Origin: Mobula birostris
Taxonomy: Eukaryota
NCBI RefSeq assembly: GCF_030028105.1
Contig: NC_092375.1
Location: forward strand, 41,019,130 to 41,083,129
Reading direction: 5' to 3'
Length of the DNA: 64,000 nt
The translations under genes and the position numbers were made by a program. Below, in pieces: positions 1-11,224 of the stretch. The notes under the pieces were generated by a model. The model had not been told where the DNA came from. It saw nothing but the letters and a program-made list of their open reading frames with translations, and searched no databases. Numbering within the stretch: the first letter of the stretch is position 1; the number at the start of each line of letters is the position of its first letter.

Positions 1-84
1 GCTACACCAACCAGGAAAAAAAACTAAGAAAGCAATTTAACAATTAGATTTAGTACAAGAGCAATAATAAGCCATAGCTTCTCC

Positions 85-1110
85 TCAAAGTTCAAAGTAA
101 AGTACATATATGTCACAATATACAATGCTGAGATTCATTTTCTTGCAGGCAATCACCAAGAATTTTCTTGCAGGTAAATCCAAGAAACAAAATAGAATCG
201 ATGAAAGGCTGTACCCAACAGGATGCACAAACAACCAATGTGCAAATATAAAAAGAAATAATAATAAATAAACAATAATTATCAAGAACATGAGACAAAG
301 AGTCCTTGAAAGTGAGTCCATTGGTGTTGTAACCATTCAGTGATGGAACAAGTGAAGTTGGGTGAAGTTATCCCCTCTGGTTTAAAAGTCTGATGGTTGA
401 GGAGTAATAATTGTTCCTAAACTTGCTGGTGTTTGTCCTGTACCTTCTTTCTGACGGTAGCAATGACAGGAGAGCATGGTGGGGTCCTTGATGATGGATG
501 CTGCTTTCCTGCAACAGCGCTCTGTGCCGATACACTCAATGGTGGGGAGGACTTTAACCGTGATGGACTGGGCCATATCCACTACTTTTTGTAGGATTGT
601 ACATTCAAGGGCATTGATGTTTCCACACCAAGCCGCAATGCAACCTGTCAATATTCTCTCACTGCACATCTATCAAACTTTATCAAAGTTTTAGATGACA
701 TCTTAAATCTTCACAAACTTAGAGTAAAACTTAGAGAAAGTAGAGGCACTGCTGTGGTTTCTTCATAATGGCACTTATGTGATGGACCCAATACTGATCC
801 TCTTAAGTGATAACACCGAAAAATTTAAAGTCGCCGACCCTCTCTGCCTCTGATCCTCAATGAGGATTGGCCCATGGACATCCGTTTCCTCTTCCTGAAA
901 TCAATGATCATCTCCTTGATCTTGCTGACATTAACTAAGAGGTTGTTGTGGCACCACTTGGTCAGATTTTCAACCTCCCTCCTATAGGCCGATTTGTCAC
1001 CACCTTTGTTTCGGCCAACAACAATGACATCGTCAGCAAACTTAAATATGACATTGGAGCTGCACTTAGCCTCACAGTCATAAGTATAAACTCAGTAGAG
1101 CAGAGCAACA
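85..1110 (-). mobile_element. Rex1/Babar-type LINE, 5'-truncated and decayed
   Basis: Peptides ILTGCIAAWCGN...RCCRKAASIIKDP and FKFADDVIVVG on the minus strand; short-repeat 3' tail (tcaaagttcaaag) at 85. Confidence 0.85.
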
Positions 1111-1479
1111 AAGATGTCATAAATCTTCTGCAAGAACCGATAACCAAAGTATTAGTATGTATTCTGTGATATTTAAAACTTAAGATGACCTCACAAATTA
1201 AATTATACATTTAGATGATGATATAAGTGTATATCCCACTGAAAAAATATTTTGAATATAAATATTCTTTATTACAATGTGCTATGTCTATGTTTATGTA
1301 TATGTAGTTCTGGCTTCTTTATGCAGAGTTGTCAATTTTTTTACTTCTTTTCGCATGCTGATCCTATGTTAATAATTAAGTACCCCTTACAATACTACAT
1401 AACACCATGATTCATACATCTCTGCCTAATCTCAAATAATAATGAGGCAGCCTATAGAAAAGAAATCTCATCACCCTGA

Positions 1480-1967
1480 CACAGTGGTGTCAAGAAAACA
1501 ACCTCTCCCTTAGAGTTGCAAAAACAAAGGAACTGGTTGTGGATTACAGGCGTAATGGAGACAGGCTAATCTCTATTAACATCAATGGATCTGGGGTAGA
1601 GAGGGTGAACAGCTTTAAATTCCTTAGCATACATATGACTGAGAATCTCACGTGGTCTGTACATACTGGCTGTGTGGTGAAAAAAGCATAACAGTGCTCT
1701 TTCACCTCAGACAGTTGAAGAAATTTTGTATGGCTCCCCAAATCCTAAAGATTTTCTACAGGGGCACAATTGAGAGCATCCTGACTGGCTGCATCACTGC
1801 CTGGTATGGGAACTGTACTTCCCTCAATCACAGGACTCTGCAGAGAGTGGTGTGGTCAGCCCAGCGCATCTGTAGATGTGAACTTCCCACTATTAACAAA
1901 TGTAAAATAAAAATTTTTACTCCTCATGTATGTGAAGGATGTAAGTAATAAAGTCAATTCAATTCAA
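1480..1967 (+). mobile_element. Rex1/Babar LINE 3' fragment with internal deletion
   Basis: FYRGTIESILTGCITAWYGNC...LQRVV; ends aataaagtcaattcaattcaa. Confidence 0.85.
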
Positions 1968-2114
1968 TAATCCTGCCAAAAATGGCTTGTTAAAGCATTG
2001 ATTAAAGAGCGTAAGAAACCATTTGATCCAATTAATAGCTCTTAAAAAATCTATCAAATTAGTCGCATTCCTATGTTCTTTATTATAATTCTGTAAATTA
2101 TTCCTTTTCAAATA

Positions 2115-2654
2115 TGTAATGGCTTCTCTGTAGCAGAAATGTTTGGGTTATGACTAGATAATGGGACTTAGAAATTCAGGGGCTAGCCAATGGGAGAGAT
2201 GTTATTCTTGCTTGTGTGTCTGAAAGCTGTTGGTTTCGCGGACTTTTGCCAGAAGATGCAAGGAGAATGAAGAGAGGAGGCGCGACTTGAGGGAGTCGGT
2301 GGGCTGCCTGACCGGGTGGACTCTGGGTGGCAGTCCGGGGTCGGTGACGCATGGAGGAGATCGAATAGTGGATAGAAGATCTTGCTGAGTGAGCTCCAAC
2401 GATTTGTGCACAAGCTGTTTAGTAAGATTATTGGCACCTTTTTCTTTTATATTTTGTTTCTCTACTAACCACATAGTCAAAGTAAGAGTTATAAATCTTA
2501 ATCGTTTAACCGCATATTGTGTACTGTTTGTTATTTCTGGGTACTGATTTGGCACAGGAGACGCATCGCGCAGCATCCACCCAAACGAGATTTATTAAGT
2601 TTGGCTGGGCAAGAGACCATTGAGATCATGCCGCTAGGCAAAGTGAGTGTTACA
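2115..2654. mobile_element. Solo LTR (540 bp)
   Basis: Starts TGTAAT, ends GTTACA, flanked by 4-bp direct repeat AATA (2111-2114, 2655-2658); GC/CpG-richer non-coding interior. Confidence 0.75.
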
Positions 2655-2682
2655 AATATATAAGAGTCAACTGACAATACAT

Positions 2683-3225
2683 TTAAATTCAAGTTTTATT
2701 GTCATTCAACCATACATGAACAACCATTAATACAGCCAAAAAGTACAGTCCAAGTCCCAGAGTCCATGAATACTGTCAGCAAGAGCAAGCTGATAGTAGT
2801 CTACGGATGAATGCAATCCAGCTTGGCTTGCACCGAGTGAACACTGAACGGCAGCACCAACACCAGCATGGATGCAACACCATACTGCCCCCGGCACCGA
2901 TTCTGACGCCTCTCTCCTGGACGGATGCAAACAGGCAACACATTGGCATGAGGCCTCGTCCTCACTACATCCAAGGCCACACAGCTCCACTATCGTCAGT
3001 CTCGCCAATAAACCGGTGAACCGGACTTGCAGCATTCCACATTACCAATGTCCAGCAGGGTCTTGCAATCACAAGAAAATCATACAAGACATTAACTCGC
3101 AGTTAGAGTGCACAGCACCTTCGTGCACCAACTCCGACGTCTTTCTGTAGCAGCCAACAACACAGCCCACACCAGATCCAGCTCTTCCAGCTCCTCTGCC
3201 AAGAAGCTATTTGCTGATAGGGTAT
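2683..3225 (-). mobile_element. Non-autonomous retroelement with Rex1-like 3' tail
   Basis: Starts with ttcaagttttattgtcattcaaccatacatgaa, the reverse complement of the Rex1 tail seen at ~33020-33056; body non-coding. Confidence 0.55.
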
Positions 3226-3229
3226 ATAA

Positions 3230-5078
3230 GCCAATGATTGGGTTCAAATGCAGACAGAGCAAAGAGATAAATTAAAAAGGGCGAAGACTGCAGGACTGAA
3301 GGTGGTGTGTTTAAATACGTGTAGCATTCGGAATAAGGTGGATGAACTCGTACTGCAATAATAGATTGGTCGCTATGATGTTGTGGGCATCACAGAGTTG
3401 TGGCTGAAAGAAGGCCATAGTTGGGAGCTTAACATCAAAGGATATATTTTGTAGAGAAGGACAGGCAAGAAAGCATAAGCGGTGATGTGATTCTGTTGCT
3501 AAGAGATAGAAGAGATGACATAGGGGTGACATAGGGCCAGAGAATGTTAAATCTTTGTGGGTGGAGTTAAGAAACTGCAAGGGTTAATAAATTATTATGG
3601 GAATCATACATAGGCCTCCAAATAGTAGTCAAGATGTGGGGTTGAGATTGCAAAAGGAATTGGAAAAAGCATGTAATAAATGTAATGTCACAATTGTAAT
3701 GGGGGGGGGGCTTCAATACGCAAGGGGATTGGGAAAAATCAGGTTGATGTTGGATCGCAAGAGAAGGAAGTTGTTGAATGCCTATGAGATGGCTTTGAAG
3801 GGCAACTTGTGCTTGAGCCTACTCTGAAAAAGGCTACCTTGGATTGGGTGCTGTGTACTAACTCAGACCTTATTAGGGAGCTAAAAGTAAAGGAACCCTT
3901 AGGAGGCAGTGATCATAATATGTTTAAATTCATACTGCAATTTGAGGGGGAGAAGTCACATGTAACAGTATCGCAATGAAATTCCAGAGGCATAAGGAGG
4001 GGCTTGCCAGGTAGATTGGAGGATACTGGCGGGGATTATGGCAGAGCAGAAATGACTGAAATTTCTGGGAATAGTTCACAAAGCACAGGATAGATATGTC
4101 CCACAGAGGACAAGGACCCCAAAATCTCGCTGATCCTCCACACTGCCAGGAGTCTTACCATTAATATTACCTTCCGTTTTCAAATTTGTCCTACCAAAAT
4201 GAACAACTTCACGCTAACCTGGGTTGGACTGCATCTGCCACTTCTCAGCCCAGTTCTGCATCCTATCGATGTCCCGCTGTAACCTCTGACAACCCTTCAG
4301 ACTATCCACAATACCCCCAACTTTTGTGTCATCAGCAAACTTACTAACCCACCCTTCTACTTCCTCATCCAGGTTATATATAAAAATCACAAAGGTCCCA
4401 AAACAGATCCCTGCAGAACACCACTGGTAACCATCCTCCATGCAGAATATGAACCATCCACAACCACCCTTTGCCTGGTGTCGTCAAGCTAATTCTGGAT
4501 CCACAAAGCAAGGTCTCCTTGGATCCCATGCCTCATTACTTTCTGAATGAGCCTCGCATGGAGAACCTTACCAAATGCCTTACCAAAATCCATATCCACT
4601 ATGTCCACTGCTCTACCTTCATATGAGGAGCCTTTGGCAGCTTTGGGCCTATACTCACTGGAATTTAGAAGAATGCTGGGGGGGGGGGGTTTAATTTCAT
4701 TGAAAACTACTGAACGTTGAAAGGACTAGATAAGGTGGATGTGAAGAGGAGGTTTCCTCTGGTGGGGGCATCCAGAACCAGAGGGCACAACCTCAAAATT
4801 GAGGGGTGATGTTTTAGAGCAGAGGTTAGGGGGAACTGTTCCAGCCAGAGAGTAGTGAATCTGTGGAATGCTCTGCCACAGACTGCAGTGGAGGCCAATT
4901 CCGTGGGTATAGTTAAAGTGGAAGTTGATAGTTTCCTGATCAGTCAGGGCATCAAGGGATATGGCAAAATGGCAGGTATATGGGATTGCGTGGGATCCGG
5001 GATCAGCCGTGATTGAATGGCAAAGCAGACTCGATGGGCTGAATGGCCTAATTCTGCTCCTATGTCTTATGGTCTTAT
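3230..5078 (+). mobile_element. CR1 LINE (APE region and 3' end on +) with an inverted CR1 RT fragment at ~4111-4620
   Basis: LKVVCLNTCSIRNKVDEL...YDVVGITELWL (APE) at ~3295; minus-strand WVSKFADDTKVGGIVDS; + strand 3' tail ggctgaatggcctaattctgctcctatgtcttatggtcttat. Confidence 0.88.
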
Positions 5079-6124
5079 ATGCAGTACTTAAGTTCCAGCA
5101 GTATCTTGGGATTATAAAAAACATGTTTAAAAAATACAGTAACACCTATGGCTGGGCCCACAGAGGCCGCTATGTCCGAATGCACTGCCATCTTACCAGA
5201 AGTAATCAATAATAAAGATGAATAAGTGAATATTATACATTTCGCTGAATAGTTGCAGAAGACAACGTCGTAATGCTCTTACAGTACTGCAGATTATGCC
5301 AGTGGATTTCAGATTACTTTATAACAACTTGAGTTGTGTTGTGATGCCCTCTGCTGACTACTCAGCTAAACAACAATATATTTAGACAAGTAAGGAAATA
5401 AGGAAGTCCATTTTTGGGGTGGGGGGTGGTCGGATAAAAACAAAATCAATTCACTGAATGCCAAGACAACAAGATGCACAGTTAAACGGTGCTGAAATCT
5501 GCAGTAGGGAATCAAAAAAGAATGGAATGTATTTTATACCTGCAACATCCATAATGAGAGCCGCTTCATCGTTTTTTGATGCTTTCCTAAATCCCTCATT
5601 CTTGTGATCAGAAATTAAGAAAATGAAAGCCTTCCTGAGGCCATGCTAAATGTATTGCTCAGCTTTAATAAATGTAGCAGTAGAAAAAAATTAATAAAAT
5701 GGTGAAAAATAGTTGTATGGTTAAAACATAAATTTTCAATCTGAAGAAACAATATAAGAAAATAGTAGAAACAAGAGTTGATCACCCAACCCCTCAAGCC
5801 TGCCTTGCCATTCAATAATGATCATGGCTGATCTGTGCCAGTTCTCTATAGTCCTCAATTCCCTGATCTTTCAAAATCTATTTATTTCCTCTTTAAATAG
5901 CACCAGTGAACTAGCCTCCATAACTCCCCATAGTAGACAGTTCCAGAAATTAAGTATCCTACACACCAGTTATAAATGACTGTTCTAGGCTTGTAATCAT
6001 GTCCCCTTGTTTGAATTTCTCCCAGTACTCAATTAAAAAATAATGTTCTTAATTCAGGCTGATTAGCTAGACTTTCTCTTTTTGGAACAAATGAAATTGA
6101 GCAATCTCATGAATCCAAATGTTA

Positions 6125-6400
6125 TGGAAACAGGATCCATCGGATTCACATTGCCTATCAACCACCTATTTTACACTAATTTTGCACTTTCTTTTTACTC
6201 TCCCCACATTTCCACTATCTCCTCCCAGACTACCACACACTACACATCAGGGCCAATTTAAAATGGTTACTTAACTAGCACCCCACACATGTAGGAGGAA
6301 ACTGAAGTCAAAGAGAATATACAACCTCTACATCAAGGTTTCAGATTGAACCTGGGTACCTGGAACTGTGAGCAGCAGCTCTACAAGTCATGGCACTGAC
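6125..6400 (-). mobile_element. tRNA-derived V-domain SINE (HE1-like), degraded
   Basis: aggaggaaactgaag...gagaatatacaacct...gattgaacctggg resembles the V-domain and B-box of the cleaner copies at 27625 and 45420. Confidence 0.6.
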
Positions 6401-7277
6401 TGTCCTGCTGTTACACTGTACCACCCTCTCAGGGATTTTAACGAAAAGGCAATGTCAGAGGACAAATCTATTTGTTGGATGGAGGATATGTGCACTTGTT
6501 GCAGTAGACAAAATGGACAGTAAACTGCATTGCTACTGACATGGTAAAGTGCAGCGCGATTTGTGTGCTAAAGATAAAGCATTCTCCCTCCGCATTACTG
6601 CATTGTTGGTAGATACATCTTTTAGATAAGCTAAACCCTTCTCCATAGCTGCAACAGTGTATTCTGCATTCATTTTTTTATTAGACCTTGATGTATTTAT
6701 GAAGGCATGCAAACGAAAGCTTTTCACTGCTTCTCAGTTCATGTGACAATATTAATAAGCCATTACCTGGTTACCTTGCATTCCAAGCAAATAATAAATT
6801 ACGCAAATTTGTTTAGATTCCTGAAGTAGCAACCTACCACTAGAAATTGCTGCTGGTACTTCACATAAACTGGTCTTTTAACTATGGCTGCAATTTCAGT
6901 GATTATTCTGATACTGGAAGGTGACACCTTGGTCACAGTTGTTAATTATTTTGTTGTCCCTCCAATTAAGTCAGTTTTTTTTAATCCCCAGTTCCTAAAT
7001 CAATGTTTTAATGAGGTCAAGCATGGCTCCAGTAAAATTGCATCTTGTCTCTTCAGTGTGGTGTATCTGATAATATTATATTGTACTTGGGTCAAGATAA
7101 TCTTTGGGGTCCCTGGACACCCCAGAGCTCTCACACTCAGGATTGTAATGCAGGATAACTTGCAACAAAACTGCACTGAATACACTCAACCAGAATGTGA
7201 ATAATGATAAATCGTTTTGTCATGTCAGTTGAGAGATAAATACTGACCAGAACACCTAAGATTATTTCTGTGCTCAA

Positions 7278-10200
7278 AGGCTACGGATTCCTCATCAGGT
7301 AACTGAAGAGAGCACCCCGGTGTATGATGCAAGCGACATTTGGTTTGCCAGTGACTTCCAGGAAAGTCTGGATGGGAACCGAGAAAGGTTGGTGATGCTG
7401 GAAAGTCAGCTGACCTCCAGGAAAGACTGGCACAGACACACAAGGCTAACAACCTTGTGTGCAGCACTCGCAAGAGGGCACCATACAAGCTATGGATGAA
7501 CTAAATACACAATACCCCCGAAGTCTCCTGAGAGAGGGAGGAGGATGAGAGACTCAATAGGACAGACATAACGGTAACAGCCAGGACTGCAAATACGATA
7601 ATGAGAAGGCTCAAGCAAACAACACTGACGAAGGAGGCATTCATTACAGTGCCATTGCGGCAAAATCTGCAAAAACATCAGAGGCCTCAAGATACAGTAA
7701 AGCAGGTCTGGCAACTCAAGTGCAATGCATGGACTCAACATTCGGTGAGACGATGGAGATCTCCAGCCAGAAGCACCCCACAGAGCTGAAGATCTCTCCA
7801 CACCTGAGCTAGCCCAGTGCCAAAGAATGGACCAAGTGAATGTCTCCTCCGACACCCTAATCCTTTCATCAAGGAAAGATAGGATCAGATGGTCTAGTTC
7901 ATCAGACAATGTATCTTGGAAGCAGTTTGATAATGACCTGGATTGCACCTTGGAAGCTACAGTGGCAGGACCTGTCTACAGGGAAATTGACTCTCTCACA
8001 GCCATTGTGTTCAACTTTGCTAAAAGAGCGATTCGGCCCAATGGAGAACAAAGAGGACCTTAAACTATCCCAGCAACCAAACAGGAGGGAAAGGGAGATT
8101 CACCACCTGAGAAGTGAAATAAAGACCCTGAACAAACAATTCAAGAACAGTTCACCTGACAATAAAGAAGGTGTCGAAGATCTAACTAGCAAACTGTGGG
8201 AACAGTTGCGTGAGCTCAGGAAGGTGAAGCAACTGCAAAAGTGAAGAAGGGAGAAAGAGAGGAGGACACCAGTTTGTTAAAAACCCATTCAGGTTTACTA
8301 GGGCTCTTCTCAGCCAGTAAAAATCTGGCACCCTAACCAGCTCAAAGCAGGGAGATGGAAGAATTTCTACAGGAATCACACAGTGATCCCTGTAGGAATC
8401 AGGGACTAGAATTCAATCCAAAAGTCCCTGAACCAAGAATCCGCAACTGAGCTGAACGTGGCCGAGACCACATGGTAAGAAGTCCAGGATATTGTCAAGA
8501 GAGCAAAGTTATCTGCTGCCCCAGGACCAAGAGATATACCTGACAAGGTATATAAGAAATGCTCAAATCTCCTCCAGAGGCTGTGGAAAGTTTGGACCAA
8601 AGGCTCTATCCCACCAAGCTAGAAAAATGGCTGAGGGATGCTTTGTTTCCAAGGAAGAAGATTCCTGTACAATCACACAGTTTAGGACAACCTTCCTCCT
8701 TAGCGTGGAGTGCAAGATATTCTTCTTGGTCTTGCAAGAAGGCTGAACTCTTACTTAATAGAAAACCACTATATCAACACATCCATCCTGAAAGGTGGCA
8801 TCCTGGGTTTTTCTGGGTGCCTTGAACACACCACAATAATCAATTGATCCGCAAGGCCAGGCAGAAGAAAGGCGACCTAACCCTTGTCTGGTTAGACCTA
8901 GCCAATGCCCACGGATCAATTCCACACATCCTCATCCAAGTTAGCCTGGATGGACCACTACTATATCCCACCAGTTACGTGAGATACGATCACCAGCTAC
9001 GTAGGAGGATTCAAGCTACGCTTCATTTTAGCCCACTTTACAACCAGGTGGCAGGACCCCCAAAAAGGGATTCCAACCAGCTGTACCATCTCCCCCATCT
9101 TGTTTGTCATGGATATGAACCTCCTCATATCAGTAAACGTAACCCAAGGCCCAGTGTTGGAGCTCAAGATGTGAAAACCTGCAATATGGGGGTTCATGGA
9201 TGATACCACAGCAACCACTGTAACCCAAGTCCAAGCAAGACAATGGAGCTATCTGGGCTAGGATGACCTTCAAGCCCAGGAAATCCAGATGTACGTTGAT
9301 CAAAAAGGGCAAGGTTACTAGCAAGTTCAGTCTTCAAGTACAGGGAGGTCATTCCATCCATAGAGGACAACCCAGAAAAGTGTCTTGGAAAGTGATTTAA
9401 TGTAGCAATGACATACAGCGCCAGCATCACAGAGACTGTAAAGCAGACTGAAGAGTGGCTGAAGAAGATCAACAACACCAGACTCCCTAGTAAATTCAAG
9501 ATAATGGCTGTACCAACATGGTCTTTTACCAAGGCTTCTCTGGCTTTTCACTGTGTACGAGTTCCCCATGATCTCAGTAGAAGGCATCGAGGGAAAAGTT
9601 AACAAGCACTCGCAGAGGTGGCTGGAGATCTGCTCAAGTTTTTCTTCAGTGGGGCTCTACACAAGATCAGGCCAGCTACAGCTCCCGTCCTCATCAGTAA
9701 TGGAGGAATTCAAGATGGCAAAGTGTAGAGCTGTGTTAACACTGAGGGATTCCGATGACAATCTAATAAATCAAGTAGGAGTCACAACAAGATCAGCTGA
9801 AAGTGGGCCGCCAACTCAGCCACAGACCAGACAGTGAGCTTCCTGCAATTGAGGACATCATCGGCAACCCATGCCTGGGACGACAAGGCCTCAGCTCTGT
9901 ACACTTCCAATGCTGGGGGAGTGCGAGTGCAAGGGATAGGCGGGACATAGTCCAGGCAGAGGTACGGAACTGCAAGGATGAAAGACGGTTATCAAGGGCA
10001 GTGGAGTTGGGGTCACAAGGCCCCTGGAAAAAATGGGATCTTCCCAAGCGTAAGATCACTTGGGCAGAGCTTTGGAGACTGGAGCCCTTCCACATTTCTT
10101 TCCTCCTGCAGTCTGTGTATGACACTCTCCCTACACCATCACAGCAACATACATGGGGGTTGAGAGAGGACCTTAACTGCAAGCTCTGTGGTTACTGGGG

Positions 10201-10895
10201 TTCACTGTCACACATATTGTCAGGATGCAAAACAGCTTTAACATAAGGATGGTATAGGTGGTGCCACAACAAGGTCCTACTGCCCCTTGCTGACATATTG
10301 GAGTGGGAGAGCTTGCAGATATGTAAACAGGGCAGTCATTTTCATCAAGGAAAGGGCCACGCTAGTCATATCAAAGAGGCCTAAATCCAATCTGCCACAC
10401 CATGGGAAGGAAGGAAGCTGGAGTTTCTCAGGTGGTGCAAACCACAGTTTGACCAGACATTGTACTGTGGTCCACCAAAGACAAGAAAATCATGCTGGTG
10501 GAGCTCACAGTACCAAGAAGGATGCAAGGAGGCTCACGAGAGGAAAACCCTGAAGTACAAGTCCTTAGTCCAGGAGTGCAGGGCCAACCGATGGTAGACG
10601 TGGCTATTCCCCCGTGGAGATCAGCTGTATTGGGTTCCCAGCAAGGTTGGCATGGAGGCTGCTGTCTGCGCTGGGCCTTGATGAAAAGAGCAAGAACCAA
10701 GCAGCTCACAGGATGGGAGAGGAAGCAGAAAGAGCCTCTTGCTGGTTATGGAGCAGGTGAGAAGAGGTTGAGCTGGAAGTCAGGAGCAGATGGGCAGTGA
10801 CTTGGTCACCACTGCTGACCCACTAGGTGTAGAGTGTAGTTGTTAAGGGTTGAAACCCTCTTATGAAGGTTGGGCACCACTTGACGACATCTACT
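7278..10895 (+). mobile_element. HERO-clade non-LTR retrotransposon (RT plus restriction-like endonuclease), near full length, multiply disabled
   Basis: In order across frameshifts: CHCGKICKNIRGLK Zn finger (~7650), SAAPGP, GCFVSKEEDS...QFRT, GCLEHT, VWLDLANAHGSIPH, GFMDD, LQLPSSSVMEEFK, CKLCGYWGSLSHILSGC knuckle, PDIVLWS...MLVELTVP (PD-D/ExK nuclease). Confidence 0.85.
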
Positions 10896-11224
10896 CCTCT
10901 TGGTTCTGCCTCCTTCTACTACCCATTGTGTTTTCCCCTATTCTTTCTTCACCTTTCCTGCCTATCACCTCCCTGCCTCCCTTCCCCCACCCCTTTATCT
11001 TTCCCCTTACTGGTTTTTTTCCTGGAACCTACCAGACTTCTCCTTCCCACCCTCCCCCCACCTTCTTTATAGGGCCTCTGCCCCTTCCCCCTACAGTCCT
11101 GACGAAGGGTTCCGGCCCGAAACATCGACAGATCTTTTCCACAGATGCTGCCCGACCTGCTGAGCTCCTCCAGCATGTTGTGAGTATTGCTTTGACCCCA
11201 GCATCTGCAGATTATTTTGTGTTT
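10896..11224 (+). mobile_element. Penelope-like element (family A, Neptune-like) 3'/pLTR fragment with degenerate hammerhead (~11094-11131)
   Basis: agtc CTGACGA A gggt-tccg-gccc GAAAC ATC gac, then cagatgctgcccgacctgctgagctcctccagcat, the tail shared by all family-A copies. Confidence 0.8.

Noticed and set aside
5535-5640. Possible GTF2E1 exon 3 (minus-strand GCAG|GTATAA donor at ~5540)
   Set aside because: Translations do not resemble the expected TFRCTFC...EVEEDE peptide.
10845-10892. gaaac...tgacga at the HERO 3' end as a permuted hammerhead
   Set aside because: The C of the CUGANGA box is missing and no consistent three-stem fold could be drawn.
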